The notes: generated from the letters alone by a model not told the origin. Counted from the first letter of the stretch, positions 1-10,418 are shown. The stretch: DNA of 64,000 bases from an uncultured Solirubrobacterales bacterium (GCA_963812905.1 CAWEWY010000003.1:1527470-1591469), one strand, 5' to 3'. Program-made: numbers and translations.

Positions 1-357
1 TTGCGCGAGCTGCTCGAGCACCTGGCCGAGCACCCCGACGAGGCGCGCTTCGCGATCGTCGAGGTCCTCGCGGCCGGCCCGAAGGCGCTGGCCCGTCGCG
101 ACGCGGCGCTGCGCCAGTTCACGGGGTTTCTCGATGCCGGCCGCGCCGAGACCTCGGTCGAGCTGCCCGGGATCACCTCGCTCTCGCTGGCCGGCGGGAT
201 AAACGAGCTGCTCTACACCGAGATCCTCCACGGCGCCGCCTCGCAGCTGCCCAGCCGGCTGCCGGACCTGATGTTCTGGATCACGCTGCCCTTCCTCGGC
301 CCCGAGGGTGCCGCGCAGGAGCGCGAGCGGACGCGGCTTTCGATGCTCGAGGGCTAG
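1..357 (+). CDS. C-terminal part of a transcriptional regulator (TetR-like ligand-binding domain); 5' end lies outside the window
   Basis: ORF runs from the window edge to a stop at 355-357; helical, Leu/Ala-rich C-terminus resembles a TetR C-domain; a terminator hairpin follows directly. Confidence 0.35.
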   Translation: MRELLEHLAEHPDEARFAIVEVLAAGPKALARRDAALRQFTGFLDAGRAETSVELPGITSLSLAGGINELLYTEILHGAASQLPSRLPDLMFWITLPFLGPEGAAQERERTRLSMLEG

Positions 358-358
358 A

Positions 359-392
359 GCGGCGCTTGTTAAGCCGCTCTTTTTTGTGAATG
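359..392 (+). terminator. Rho-independent terminator
   Basis: Stem agcggcgc-ttgttaa-gccgct followed by a cttttttgtg T-tract, read directly from the sequence. Confidence 0.7.
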
Positions 393-501
393 CCGGGGTT
401 TATCTAATTTGCAGGGCTGGTAATTTGGCCCTGGAGGGATAGACCAAGGCTTTCAATGGCCGGGGCTTTGACGCCAGGCCGCAAAGGAGAGAGATACACA
501 C

Positions 502-1289
502 ATGCGCAAGCGTCTTGATCATGACATTGGCCCTGGGGACGGCACTCGCGGTCGTCGCTGCCGGACTCGCGGCGGCGGCGGGGAACCACAAGCCGGTCGT
601 CATCCAGGAAGGAAACCTGAAGATCACCGTCGACGGCGGCTTCAGCCCGACGGCGCTGCCGAAGGCGAAGCTGTCGCCGATCGGCCTCAACGTCAGCGGC
701 AAGATCGAGACCATCGACGGCACCCATCCGCCGGCGCTGAGGGAATTCGTCGTCGAAACGGACAAGAACGGCGCGATCAACGCAAAGGGCCTGCCGACCT
801 GCACCACAAGCAAACTCGTGGCAAGGGAAACCAAGGCCGCTGAAAAAGCGTGCCCGACGTCGATCGTCGGCGAAGGCAAGACGGATGTCGAGATCGCCTT
901 TCCCGAACAGACGCCGATCATCGTCCACAGCAAGCTGATCGCCTTCAACGGCGGCGTCAAGGGCGGCGTGACGACACTCCTCATCCACGCCTTCCTCAAA
1001 AACCCCGGTATCGGCCGCGGTCGTCACGACCGTCAAGGTCTCGAAAATCCACAAAGGCCGCTTCGGCACGAAATCCGTTGCCTCGATTCCGGTGATCGCC
1101 GGCGGCAACGGCTCGCCGGTGTCCTTCGAACTCAACGTCAACCGCAAGTTCACCTACAAGGGCAAGCAGCAGAGCTACCTGCTCGCCAAGTGCCCCGACG
1201 GCCACCTCAACGCGAGGGGGACCGCCGTCTTCAGCGACGGCAAGCACCTCTCTGGCGAAGTCGTCCGGCCCTGCACCCCAAAGGGCTGA
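502..1289 (+). pseudogene. Secreted hypothetical protein, broken by two frame changes (near 515 and ~1005)
   Basis: The GGAGAG RBS at 486-491 pairs with the ATG at 502 (MRKRL) rather than the TTG at 515; the signal peptide MTLALGTALAVVAAGLAAAAG is in the next frame; after ~1005 the protein continues in the third frame (…VSKIHKGRFGTKSVASIPVIAGGNGSPVSFELNVNRKF…TPKG*) to a stop at 1287-1289. Confidence 0.5.
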
Positions 1290-1320
1290 GCGCAGGCTTT
1301 ACTCAGGACGAATAGGGGAA

Positions 1321-1350
1321 GAAAGGGCGGCCAGGTGGCCGCCCTTTCTC
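1321..1350. terminator. Bidirectional terminator hairpin between convergent genes
   Basis: Perfect inverted repeat gaaagggcggcc-aggt-ggccgccctttc. Confidence 0.5.
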
Positions 1351-1925
1351 TATCCCCGCAGTTGCGGTTCGCCACTGGCCCTGGCCGGCGGGATCAGGCC
1401 CTCGGCCTCCTGGCGCCGCTCGCCGCGGCGCAGCATGCGCTGGGTCAGGATGGCGATGCTGAGGATCGCCGTGGCCCCGAGGCTGAGCTGGACGCTGAGC
1501 AGGCCCTGCGCTGGTCCAGTAGACGTCGCGCAGGTCGAGCAGCAGCGCCGCCTCGTCGAAGGTCAGCCCCATGCCGACCCCGGTGGTCACCGCGAGCCGC
1601 TCTTCCAGCGCCTCGTCGTCGGTCAGCAGGGCCGTCGTCGCGGAGGCGAACCCGATCAGGATGCCGGGCACGAAGTGGTGGATGTGGCGACCGCCGACGC
1701 TGACGTTGCGGAACGGCCCCCATTGGTCGCGGATGCCCCAGGTCGAGATCCGCACCAGTGCGAAGGAGCCGAGGAAGCCGGCGAGCAGGTTGAAGAGGAT
1801 GGTTTCGCTGCGCGGCGCCGCGGTGTAGCCGCTGACCGCGACCCCGACCGTGTCGAGCGCGGCGGCTGGGGCGGCTTCGACCAGGCCGTCCGGCCCCTCC
1901 TCGTGCGCCCGGCGCCGCAGCATGC
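1350..1925 (-). CDS. Hypothetical membrane protein (C-terminal frame change near 1490)
   Basis: Conserved-looking core …ETILFNLLAGFLGSFALVRISTWGIRDQWGPFRNVSVGGRHIHHFVPGILIGF…; after …DVYWTSAG the plausible continuation LLSVQLSLGATAILSIAILTQRMLRRGERRQEAEGLIP…* is in the adjacent frame and ends at a TAG at 1350-1352; start codon uncertain. Confidence 0.4.
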
Positions 1926-2102
1926 GCCCGAACTGGCCGGCCAGGACCGCCCCGGCGCCACCGAGCGCCACCGCTGGCGAGCGCCGCGGTGGCCCGCTCC
2001 GAACGCGCCCAGTGGAACCGGGTCCTCGCCGCGGCACGGCGTCTGAGTGCGGGTGGGCAGGCGGAGCGGAGCTCACGCCGCGCAGCCTAACCGCCTACAG
2101 GG

Positions 2103-2555
2103 TCAGCGTTCCTCGGTGATGATCGTCTTCACCGTGGCGACGGCGCCGTCGGCGAGCTCGATCTCGACCATGTGGGTGCCGATCTCGCGGATCGGCTGCT
2201 CGAGGCGGACCTTGCGGCGGTCGATGCGCAGGTCGCGGGCGTCGCGGATCGCCTCGACGATCTCCTTGGCGCCGACCGAGCCGAAGAGCTTGCCGTCCTC
2301 GCCCGCCCGCTGATGGATCGTCAGCACGGTCTTGGAGAGCAGCGAGGCCGCCTGCTCTTCGCGCTCGGCGCGCGCCTTCTCGGCCTTCTCGGCCGCGGCC
2401 CGCCGGCGCTGCGCCTGCTCGAGCGCACCGGGAGTCGCCGGCGCGGCCAGTTTGCGCGGGATCAGGTAGTTGCGCAGGTAGCCGGGCGAGACGTCGACCG
2501 GGTCGCCGCGCTGGCCGAGCTCGTCGACGTCCTCGAGCAGGATGGCCTGCGTCAT
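2103..2555 (-). CDS. rplI: 50S ribosomal protein L9
   Basis: [37 protein letters not shown]… is the canonical L9 N-terminus; the ATG overlaps the rpsR stop. Confidence 0.93.
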   Translation of the reverse strand: MTQAILLEDVDELGQRGDPVDVSPGYLRNYLIPRKLAAPATPGALEQAQRRRAAAEKAEKARAEREEQAASLLSKTVLTIHQRAGEDGKLFGSVGAKEIVEAIRDARDLRIDRRKVRLEQPIREIGTHMVEIELADGAVATVKTIITEER

Positions 2556-2821
2556 CAGCGCTCTCCGACGTAAGGCAGGAGCGCGATCTCGCGGGCACGC
2601 TTCACCGCCACGGACAGCTGGCGCTGGTGCTTGCGGGAGAGGCCGGTGACGCGACGGCCGCGGGTCTTCCCCTTGTCGGAGAGGAAGCGGCGCAGGAGGT
2701 TGAGGTCCTTGTAGTCGACCGCCTCGGAGTTGATCCGCGTGTACTTGCGCGGCCGCGAGCGGTCAAGCGCACGCCGCCCTCGTCGGGGCGGCGCTGATCC
2801 TGTGTCGTTAGGCCTGGCCAT
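2555..2821 (-). CDS. rpsR: 30S ribosomal protein S18
   Basis: MARPNDTG…[56 protein letters not shown]; start is the internal Met29 of the track ORF. Confidence 0.9.
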   Translation of the reverse strand: MARPNDTGSAPPRRGRRALDRSRPRKYTRINSEAVDYKDLNLLRRFLSDKGKTRGRRVTGLSRKHQRQLSVAVKRAREIALLPYVGER

Positions 2822-2951
2822 GCGGGTTCGGAATCCTACACTGACGGCACCGGACGCTGCGCGAGGCGGCGTCCTCAGTCGCTCGCGCGCAGAAGAGCAC
2901 ACCACGCTCCCTGCGTCCTTGCCTCGCTTGGTCCAGCGCCGTCAGGCGGCG

Positions 2952-3435
2952 CTAGAAGGGGATGTCGTCGTCCCCGCCGCCGCCCCCAGCGGTCGCGCCG
3001 GCGAAGTCGGAGGAGTCCGCCGGAACGTCGCTGCTGGGGCTGAAGCCACCGCCCTCGCCGCTCGCCACCGCCACCAGAGCCGTCGCGGGAGCCGAGGAAC
3101 TGGACCGATTTGGCGACGATCTGGACCTTCTGCCGTTTGCCGCTGCCGTCTTTGGCCTCCCACTCGCTCCAGTCGAGCCGACCCTCGACGGCGACCGGGC
3201 GGCCCTTGGAGAGGTAGTTGGCGCAGTTCTCGCCCTGCGCGCCCCAGACGACGACGTCGAAGTAGTTGGCCTTGTCCTCCCATTCGCCGGTCTGGCCGTT
3301 CTTGCGGCTGCTGTTTACGGCAACGCGCAGCTCGCAGACCGCGGTGCCGCCGCCGGTATGGCGCAGCTCGGGATCCTTCGTCAGGTTTCCGGTGATGACC
3401 ACCACGTTGATGTTCGACGCTGCCACGGCTCTCAA
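2952..3435 (-). CDS. ssb: Single-stranded DNA-binding protein (one frame change in the Gly-rich linker)
   Basis: OB-fold N-terminus NINVVVITGNLTKDPELRHTGGGTAVCELRVAVN…; the acidic tail …DSSDFAGATAGGGGGDDDIPF* is in the adjacent frame and ends at a TAG at 2952-2954; the shift sits in a GGTGGCGGTGGC repeat. Confidence 0.85.
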
Positions 3436-3576
3436 CTCCTCCGAATCGTTGTCTGGACCCCAGTCTAAGAGCGCAGGCGGCGAAACTCTCCCCCCTCGCC
3501 CCGCAATCTCCGCACGAATCCGGGCCGATGGGCCGAAGTCGACGCCGTATGGGCGCGCTCTGCGGCCCGTCGGCGA

Positions 3577-4036
3577 CTACTCAGCGGGAGCTGCGGGCGC
3601 TTCGACGGCCTCGGGGGCCTCGGCCTCGGGGACTGCGTCCGCGTCGTCGTCCGACACGGAGACCTCGGGGCGGGCGCCTCGGCCCGCGCTCGCGCGAGCC
3701 ATGGGCCGGCGCGGCGACGGCTGGCGGCACCATCACCGGGGCGTCGGCGTCGACCTTGAAGATGCGGAAGCGCAGCACGCCGTCGGCGATCTTCAGGTTG
3801 TGGTTGAGCTCGTCCAGCAGCTCGGGCGGCGCCTCGAAGCGGAACCAGCGGTAGTCGGCCTCGTTGCGCTGCTCGATCTCGTAGGCCATCTTGCGCAGGC
3901 CCCATTTGTTCTCGTGCTTGAGCGTCCCGCCCGCCTCGATCCGCCCGCGCACGTCCTGCGCCAGCACGTCGCGCCCGGCCTCGTCGGGGCCGGGGTCCAG
4001 CATCAGGACAAGCTCGTATTCGCGTGGGGCTGCCAA
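3577..4036 (-). CDS. rpsF: 30S ribosomal protein S6 (C-terminal frame change)
   Basis: MAAPREYELVLMLDPGPDEAGRDV…WGLRKMAYEIEQRNEADYRWFRFEAPPELLDELNHNLKIADGVLRFRIFKV; the acidic tail …SVSDDDADAVPEAEAPEAVEAPAAPAE* is in another frame and ends at 3577. Confidence 0.85.
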
Positions 4037-4065
4037 AACGGCGAGGGACTATAGCGGCGTTGGGG

Positions 4066-4172
4066 CGAGTGCCGGGTGCCACTCCCCGCTCAACTTTTCC
4101 GGTGAGGCGGATATGGCCTCTCGAGATCGAAGCACCGAAAAAGTACAAGCCGCGGGGAGCGGCACCCGGCAC
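4066..4172 (+). mobile_element. MITE-like nested-palindrome element, copy A, in the rpsF operon upstream region
   Basis: Terminal inverted repeats gggcgagtgccgggtgccactcccc / ggggagcggcacccggcactcgc; internal ctcaacttttccggtgaggcgg…cgaagcaccgaaaaagtacaagccgcgggg. Confidence 0.7.
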
Positions 4173-4178
4173 TCGCTC

Positions 4179-4577
4179 TTAATGCGGCGCAAACTCCGAC
4201 GATCCATCGTCGGTTGGCAGCGACGGCTCAGGCACAGCTTCCGGAGGCGGAGGCGCCGATTCGACGGCTTCTGGAGCTTCAAGCGGGGGAGGCGGCACCG
4301 GCGGCGGCGTGGGCACGGGGCGCTTGTGCGCGTGCCGACGAGGCACATGCCGAACCCGCTTCCGATGTGGTCGGGCCACTCGCACAGGCTTGGGGGCGGG
4401 CGGAGGTGCAGCAACCTCGACCGGCGCAGCTTCGACCCGCGGCAGCCCGACATCGGCCGGTACCGGCGGCGGAGCGGGAGGCCTCAGCAAGCTCGGCACA
4501 ATCTGAAGCGCCAGCAGCACTCCAGCCGCCACAAGGATCACGCGCCAAGCTCTCGACCAACGAATCCGAAGACTCAC
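4179..4577 (-). CDS. Pro-rich membrane-anchored hypothetical protein
   Basis: N-terminal signal anchor WRVILVAAGVLLALQIV followed by a PAPPPVP-rich region; flanked by inverted MITE copies A and B; may be a compositional artefact. Confidence 0.3.
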   Translation of the reverse strand: MSLRIRWSRAWRVILVAAGVLLALQIVPSLLRPPAPPPVPADVGLPRVEAAPVEVAAPPPAPKPVRVARPHRKRVRHVPRRHAHKRPVPTPPPVPPPPLEAPEAVESAPPPPEAVPEPSLPTDDGSSEFAPH

Positions 4578-4623
4578 GCAAAGCTAAGTCCCCAGACCGC
4601 GGAGTTCTCCCCCCGCGCTCGAA

Positions 4624-4733
4624 AGAAGGCATCGGGTGGCCCTCCCCGCGGCTTGTACTTTTTCGGTGCTTCGATCTCGAGAGGCCAACCCCGCCCCACC
4701 GAAAAAGTTGAGCGGGGAGGGCCACCCGATGCC
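4624..4733 (-). mobile_element. MITE-like element copy B, inverted relative to copy A
   Basis: Its reverse complement aligns almost base for base with copy A: …ctccccgctcaactttttcggtg…ggcctctcgagatcgaagcaccgaaaaagtacaagccgcggggag…; terminal inverted repeats aaggcatcgggtggccctcccc / ggggagggccacccgatgcctt. Confidence 0.7.
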
Positions 4734-4734
4734 T

Positions 4735-6201
4735 TCAGGCAGCCACGTCCCGAAGCTCCGCGATATCCCTCAACTGCTCATCAACCCAGTCCCCAGGATT
4801 CCGAGCAAAGACCAGCTCCTTCAGGCGCTGCGCCCGCAGCCGCCGCTCCTCCGGGTCCATCGTCAGCGCCCGGTGGATCGCGTCGGCCTGATCCTGGATG
4901 TCGAAGGGGTTGACCGAGAGCGCGCAGTCGGCCAGCTCCTCATGGGAGCCGGTGTTCTCCGAGAGCATCAGGACGCCGTCGCGGGTATTGACTGCCGGCG
5001 CCTCCTTGGCGACCAGGTTCATCCCGTCGAAGAGCGAGTTGACCATCAGCAGGTCGAAGTGCTTGTAGCGGGCGACCGCCTCGGGGAAGTTCTCGTAGAC
5101 CTTCAGGTCGATCGGCATCCAGTCGGTGGTGCCGTGGCGGTGGTTGACCACCGCGACCAGCGCGTTGATCCGCTCCATGTACTCGGCGTACTCCTCCACG
5201 TCCTGGCGCGAGGGCTGCAGATGGGCGATGAAGGTGACCTGTTCGCGGAACTCGGGATGCTGGGTGAGGAAGACGTCGAAGGCGGTGAATCCGCGCAGCA
5301 CGTTCTTGGAGAGGTCGGCGCGGTCGACGCGGATGATCAGGTGCTTGCGGCGCCGCTCCAGCACCTCGCGCTCAGCGGCGGCAACCTCCGGCGATTCGGC
5401 CGCCCGGCGCAGCCGTTCGGCGTCGATCGAGAGCGGGTAGGCGCGCGCCCGCGTCTCGCCGCCGGCGTGGCGGACCAGCCCGAGCTCGTAGTCGACGTCG
5501 GCCTCGAGCAGTTCGTCGCAGCAGCGCAGGAAGTTGATGCAGTAGTGGCCGGTGTGGAAGCCGATGATGTCGTTGGAGAGCATGCCGCGGAAGAGCGCCT
5601 CGCGGATCCGTCCCGGCAGGATGCGCCAGCTGTCGGGCTGGGACCAGGGGATGTGGACGAAGTGGTGGAGGAAGGCGTCGGGGCGCTCGGCGCGGATCAT
5701 TCCCGGGGCCGTGTAGAGGTGGTAGTCGTGCAGCATCACCAGCGGCCGCTCGCGGCCCTCGATCTGGCCCAGCACGGCGGTGGCGATGTCGCGGTTGACC
5801 GCCTGGTAGCCGAGGTCCCAGGCGTCGAGCTCCTCCTGGCGGATGTCGGGGGCGTTGGAGAGGTCCCAGAGGTAGTGCTGGATGAACCAGAGGATCGGGT
5901 TGGCGATCACGTTGTAGAAGCGGTCGTAGGCTTCGGCGTCGCTGCCGACCAGCAGCACGCGGTAGTCGATGCCGTCGATCGAGAGATCGACCGGGCCGCC
6001 GCGCTCTTCGGAGACGGCGACGTCCTCGTCGGTCATCGCCGAGGCGATCCAGAGCGCGTCGCGGTGGGAGACGAGGCCGGAGAGGGCAGTTACGAGCCCG
6101 CCGCCACCGCGTTGCACGGTGCGCTCGCCCTGCTCGTCGCGCTCGAACTGCGCCGGCCCTCGATTCGAGACGATGATCAGTGGGTCCGCGGTGTCCGCCA
6201 C
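4735..6201 (-). CDS. otsA: Alpha,alpha-trehalose-phosphate synthase (GT20)
   Basis: Uninterrupted 488-aa ORF: IIVSNRGP…GGLVTAL…DALWIASAMTDED…ANPILWFIQHY…FFLHIPWP-type motifs. Confidence 0.9.
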   Translation of the reverse strand: MADTADPLIIVSNRGPAQFERDEQGERTVQRGGGGLVTALSGLVSHRDALWIASAMTDEDVAVSEERGGPVDLSIDGIDYRVLLVGSDAEAYDRFYNVIANPILWFIQHYLWDLSNAPDIRQEELDAWDLGYQAVNRDIATAVLGQIEGRERPLVMLHDYHLYTAPGMIRAERPDAFLHHFVHIPWSQPDSWRILPGRIREALFRGMLSNDIIGFHTGHYCINFLRCCDELLEADVDYELGLVRHAGGETRARAYPLSIDAERLRRAAESPEVAAAEREVLERRRKHLIIRVDRADLSKNVLRGFTAFDVFLTQHPEFREQVTFIAHLQPSRQDVEEYAEYMERINALVAVVNHRHGTTDWMPIDLKVYENFPEAVARYKHFDLLMVNSLFDGMNLVAKEAPAVNTRDGVLMLSENTGSHEELADCALSVNPFDIQDQADAIHRALTMDPEERRLRAQRLKELVFARNPGDWVDEQLRDIAELRDVAA

Positions 6202-6230
6202 GTGCCCAGACTACCCCGGCCGTTCCCGGC

Positions 6231-7469
6231 CTATGTGTCGAGCTCGGCCAGCAGTTCGACCCAGTCGCGCAGCAGGCGCGGCGAGAGGAACTCGCGGCGG
6301 GCGTGTTCCTTGCCGGCCCGACCGAGCTGCTTGCCGAGCTCCGGGTCGGCGAGGATCTCAAGGCAGCGCTGCGCGCACTCCTCCGGCGAGTCGACCAGGA
6401 AGCCGCTCTCGCCGTCTGTGATCTGCAGCGGGATGCCGCCGACGTTGCCGCCGATGGTCGGGCGCCCCTTCCAGAGCGCCTCGGTCACGGTCAGGCCGAA
6501 GCCCTCGCGGATCGACTTCTGCAGGCAGACGTCGGACTGCGACTGGAAGGCGTTGACCTCGATCGCGCCGACGTTGTTGAGGTTGTTGAGGATCTTGATG
6601 TCGTCGTCGCCGTCGGCGTACTCGAAGGTGTGCTGGAAGAACTCCCAGCCCTCGGGGTCGTCGGTGGCCATCGAGCCGACCAGGGCAAGCTGCACCTCCG
6701 GCACCTGCTCGTGGACGATGCGGTAGGCGTCGATCACGCCCATCGGGTCCTTCCAGGGGTCGAAGCGCGAGACCTGGGTCAGCAGCGGGCGGTCGACGTC
6801 GATCCCGAACTGGCGGCAGACGAAGGCGGCGTCGTCGGGCGAGAAGGCCATGTTCTTCGGCGAGAGCGGGTCGATCGCCGGCGGGATGATCTTCACCCCG
6901 TTGTGGCCGTCGACTCCCTTCGGCACGTAGGCGGGCATGTGCCAGACGGTCGCGTCGTATTCCTCGATCATCGGCAGCAGGCGGGCGATCGGCGCCGGGT
7001 TGGGCTCGGAGAGGTCGATGTGGCAGCGCCAGATCCAGTTACGTCCCTTCTCGTTGGCGCCGCGCCGCAGGCCGATCGGCTGGGGGTCGTGGACGATCAC
7101 CGTGTCCCACTCGCCCTGCAGGCCCTCGGCGTTGATCGCGTTGATCTCGTCGAAGATCTCCCACTGCTCGTCGCTCAGCGTCTCCTCCGCCCCCTGCAGT
7201 GAGTTGTGGAGCAGCTTGGTCGCGTTGAAGAACTCCTCCTTGCCGAAGATCACGTGCCAGTGCGCGTCGAGGCCGATGTCGCGCATCAGCGGCACGATCG
7301 TGTAGAGGATCTCTGAGACGCCGCCGCCGAAGGCAGTGGCGCTGACGTGCAGGACCCGGTGGCCCTTCATCGGCTCGGCCAGCTCGCGGATGCGTTCGAT
7401 CGTCTCCTTGCCGGCGATGTGGGTGTAGTCGGCGAGGGACTTGTGGCCGAGGGAGACTTCCTGAAGCAT
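6231..7469 (-). CDS. GT4-family glycosyltransferase, TreT-like (trehalose glycosyltransferring synthase)
   Basis: N-terminus MLQEVSLGHKSLADYTHIAGKETIERIRELAEPMKGHRVLHVSATAFGGGVSEIL is typical of TreT/GT4 enzymes; uninterrupted 412-aa ORF; adjacent to otsA. Confidence 0.65.
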   Translation of the reverse strand: MLQEVSLGHKSLADYTHIAGKETIERIRELAEPMKGHRVLHVSATAFGGGVSEILYTIVPLMRDIGLDAHWHVIFGKEEFFNATKLLHNSLQGAEETLSDEQWEIFDEINAINAEGLQGEWDTVIVHDPQPIGLRRGANEKGRNWIWRCHIDLSEPNPAPIARLLPMIEEYDATVWHMPAYVPKGVDGHNGVKIIPPAIDPLSPKNMAFSPDDAAFVCRQFGIDVDRPLLTQVSRFDPWKDPMGVIDAYRIVHEQVPEVQLALVGSMATDDPEGWEFFQHTFEYADGDDDIKILNNLNNVGAIEVNAFQSQSDVCLQKSIREGFGLTVTEALWKGRPTIGGNVGGIPLQITDGESGFLVDSPEECAQRCLEILADPELGKQLGRAGKEHARREFLSPRLLRDWVELLAELDT

Positions 7470-7506
7470 CCGGGAGTTCTACAGGCCGCGGGCGGTCGGG
7501 CGGCGC

Positions 7507-8645
7507 TCAGCCGCGCGGGCGCTTGCCCAGCGTGACTTCGACGTCGACTTCGCTTGCCGTTGCGGAGGACGTCGAGCGTGACCGTTTCGCCGGGCTTGTA
7601 GTCGGAGACGAAGTCGGCGAGGTCGTTGGGGCCGATCACCTCGCGGCCTTCGACGGCGAGGATCACGTCGCCCCCGGTGCGGTAGGCGGCGGCCTGGAAG
7701 CGCAGCTTGCCGTCGCCTTCCTCCAGGCCCGCTTCGTCGGCGGGGCTGCCGGCGACGACTTCGGAGATCAGGCCGCCGTGGTCGGTGTCGAGGCTGAGCT
7801 TGCTGCGCGAGCTGGGGATAGAGCGGCTGGGTGGAGACGCCGATGTAGGCGTATTCGGCTTCCCCGTCGCGCTCGAGCTGGGCGAGCGAGCGTTTGATGG
7901 CCGAGATCGGCACGGCGAAGCCGACCCCGTCGTTGGCGCCGGATTCGGTCTCGATCTGCTGGTTGATGCCGACCACGCGGGCGCCGGCGTCGAGCAGGGG
8001 GCCACCCGAGTTGCCGGGGTTGATCGAGGCGTCGGTCTGGATCGCCCCCTCGATCTGGAACTTGGTCAGCGATTCGACCGAGCGGTCGGTCGCCGAGACG
8101 ACGCCGACCGAGAGCGACTGCTGCTCGCCGAAGGGGCTGCCGATCGCCGCCACCGGCTGGCCGACTTCGAGCTTGCGGTCGTCGCCCAGCTTCAGCGGGT
8201 GCAGCGCGAAGCCGTCGGGCTTCACCTTCAGCAGCGCCACGTCGGCGAAGGGGTCGAAGCCGACGATTTGGGCGGCTACGACGTTGCGGTCGGAGAACTC
8301 GACGAAGACTTCCTTGGCCGGCTTGCGGGCGCCGCTCGATTCGTCGGTGACGACGTGGGCGTTGGTGACGATGCGCCCGCTGGCGTCGAGGACGAAGCCC
8401 GAGCCCTCGGCGGCGCCTCCGCCGTCGCCGAAGATCGAGCGGATCGTGACCACTCCGGGCGAGGCCTCGCGGTAGACCCGCGCTGCGTTGAAGCCAGGCG
8501 CGGCTGTCTCGACGATCACCTGCGGCGTTTGCGGCGCGCTGCCGGCGGCTGTCTGCTCGGCGGAGCCGTCGCTTCCCGAGCCGCCGCACCCGGCCAGCGC
8601 CAGCGCCAGCCGCGGCGCCGCGACCCAGCGGAGGCCGCGCTTCAC
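7507..8645 (-). CDS. htrA: HtrA/DegP-family serine protease lipoprotein with a PDZ domain (at least two frame changes)
   Basis: Lipobox LALAGCGG; trypsin fold …TNAHVV…GNSGGPLLD…; PDZ domain …GGLISEVVAGSPADEAGLEEGD… in the adjacent frame; the true C-terminus …RNGKRVDVEVTLGKRPRG* ends at a TGA at 7507-7509. Confidence 0.8.
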
Positions 8646-9715
8646 GCAGCCGCCCTGGACGGCAGGCCCGGGGTCGGCGGACCGCCGTCCCGGCCCGCGA
8701 GCGCGGCAGGTCGAGCGTGAAGGCGGTGAAGCGCTTGCTCGAGGCGATCGCGACGCGGCCCTGCATCCGCTGGCGAGATCTCGCGGGCGATCGCCAGCCC
8801 GAGCCCCGATCCGCCGGCCGAGTCAGCGGTGTAGAAGCGCTCGAAGATGCGGCCCTGCACACGGCGCGGGATGCCGGGACCGTCGTCGGAGACGGTCAGC
8901 TCGGCGCGGCGGTTTACGGAGTAGGTGGTCACGGTCACCTTGGTGCCCTCCGGCGTGTGGGTGAGGGCGTTGTCGAGGAGGATACGGATCACCTGGCGCA
9001 CCCGATCGACGTCGGCGCTGGCGATCACGGGCTCAGCCGGCGTGCGCAGCTCCAGGCGCGAGCCGTGGCGGTCGGCGCGCGGCCCGAACTCGCGGGTCAC
9101 TTCGCGGGCGAGCGAACCGAGGTCGACGTCGCCGCTCTTCATCGCCACGGCACCGGCGTCGAGCTGGGAGAGGTCGAGCAGGTCGGCGGTGAGCTTGGTC
9201 AGGCGCTCGATCTGCTGGCGCATCGTGTGCACGAACTCGGCCCGCTCCTCGGGGCTCGGGTCCTCTTCCTCGAGCAGCTCGACGAAGCCGCCGAGGCTGA
9301 AGATGGGGGTGCGCAGCTCGTGCGAGGCGTTGGCGATGAACTGCTTGCGGGCGCTGTCGAGCTCGGCGAGGCGGCGCTGCATCTCGTTGAAGGTGCGGGC
9401 GAGCTGGCCGAGCTGGCCGGCCGAGGAGATCGGGATCGGCGTCTCGAAGTTGCCGTCGGCGACTTTGCGCGCGGCCTCCTGGAGGCTGCGGATGCTGCCG
9501 GAGGCGATGCGGGCAAAGTAGATCCCGACCCCGAGCGTGGCGACGATCGCGAAGAGGCCGCCGACGAGGATCTGGGCTTTGACCGCGCCCTGGCCGCTGG
9601 CGGCTCCGCCGATGGCGACCGTGTAGACGTAGACGACCAGCACGGTGGCCACCGCGATCGCCACCGCGGTCACGGTGATCCGGTTGCCCAGGTTGGAAGG
9701 CCTGAACCGCGGCAC
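8642..9715 (-). CDS. Sensor histidine kinase (HAMP-HisKA-HATPase), MprB/CseC-like; C-terminal frame change
   Basis: Two transmembrane segments, HAMP, H-box FIANASHELRTP, G-box …GGSGLGLAIAREI; the tail continues in another frame (…RLMQGRVAIASS…FTLDLP). Confidence 0.8.
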   Translation of the reverse strand: MPRFRPSNLGNRITVTAVAIAVATVLVVYVYTVAIGGAASGQGAVKAQILVGGLFAIVATLGVGIYFARIASGSIRSLQEAARKVADGNFETPIPISSAGQLGQLARTFNEMQRRLAELDSARKQFIANASHELRTPIFSLGGFVELLEEEDPSPEERAEFVHTMRQQIERLTKLTADLLDLSQLDAGAVAMKSGDVDLGSLAREVTREFGPRADRHGSRLELRTPAEPVIASADVDRVRQVIRILLDNALTHTPEGTKVTVTTYSVNRRAELTVSDDGPGIPRRVQGRIFERFYTADSAGGSGLGLAIAREISPADAGPRRDRLEQALHRLHARPAALAGRDGGPPTPGLPSRAAA

Positions 9716-9721
9716 CGGCGA

Positions 9722-10418
<697 letters not shown>

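Noticed and set aside
4179-4577. Treating the Pro-rich ORF as cargo of a composite transposon formed by MITE copies A and B
   Set aside because: The MITE-like elements encode no transposase and the bracketed segment has native GC content, so two independent insertions near a native or spurious ORF are more likely. I kept it only as a low-confidence CDS.
3891-4913. 340-aa plus-strand ORF and 4049..4453 / 4279..4725 minus ORFs
   Set aside because: These are translations through the MITE copies and the Pro-rich region. The repeated peptides (…GLYFFGASISRG…, …KKLSGEGHP…) are repeat-element artefacts rather than protein families.
4636-6726. 696-aa plus-strand ORF, and many other long Arg/Ala/Pro/Gly-rich ORFs listed in the track (e.g. 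5372..6361 -, 13262..15055 -, 14440..16347 +, 30164..31567 downstream part, 31128..32873 downstream part, 40127..41767 +, 46508..47965 +, 61658..63472 +)
   Set aside because: They are antisense or out of frame relative to clearly conserved genes (otsA, the PBP, galT, SPFH, hemA, ALDH, fumC). Their low-complexity R/A/P/G composition is the usual artefact of >70% GC DNA lacking stop codons.
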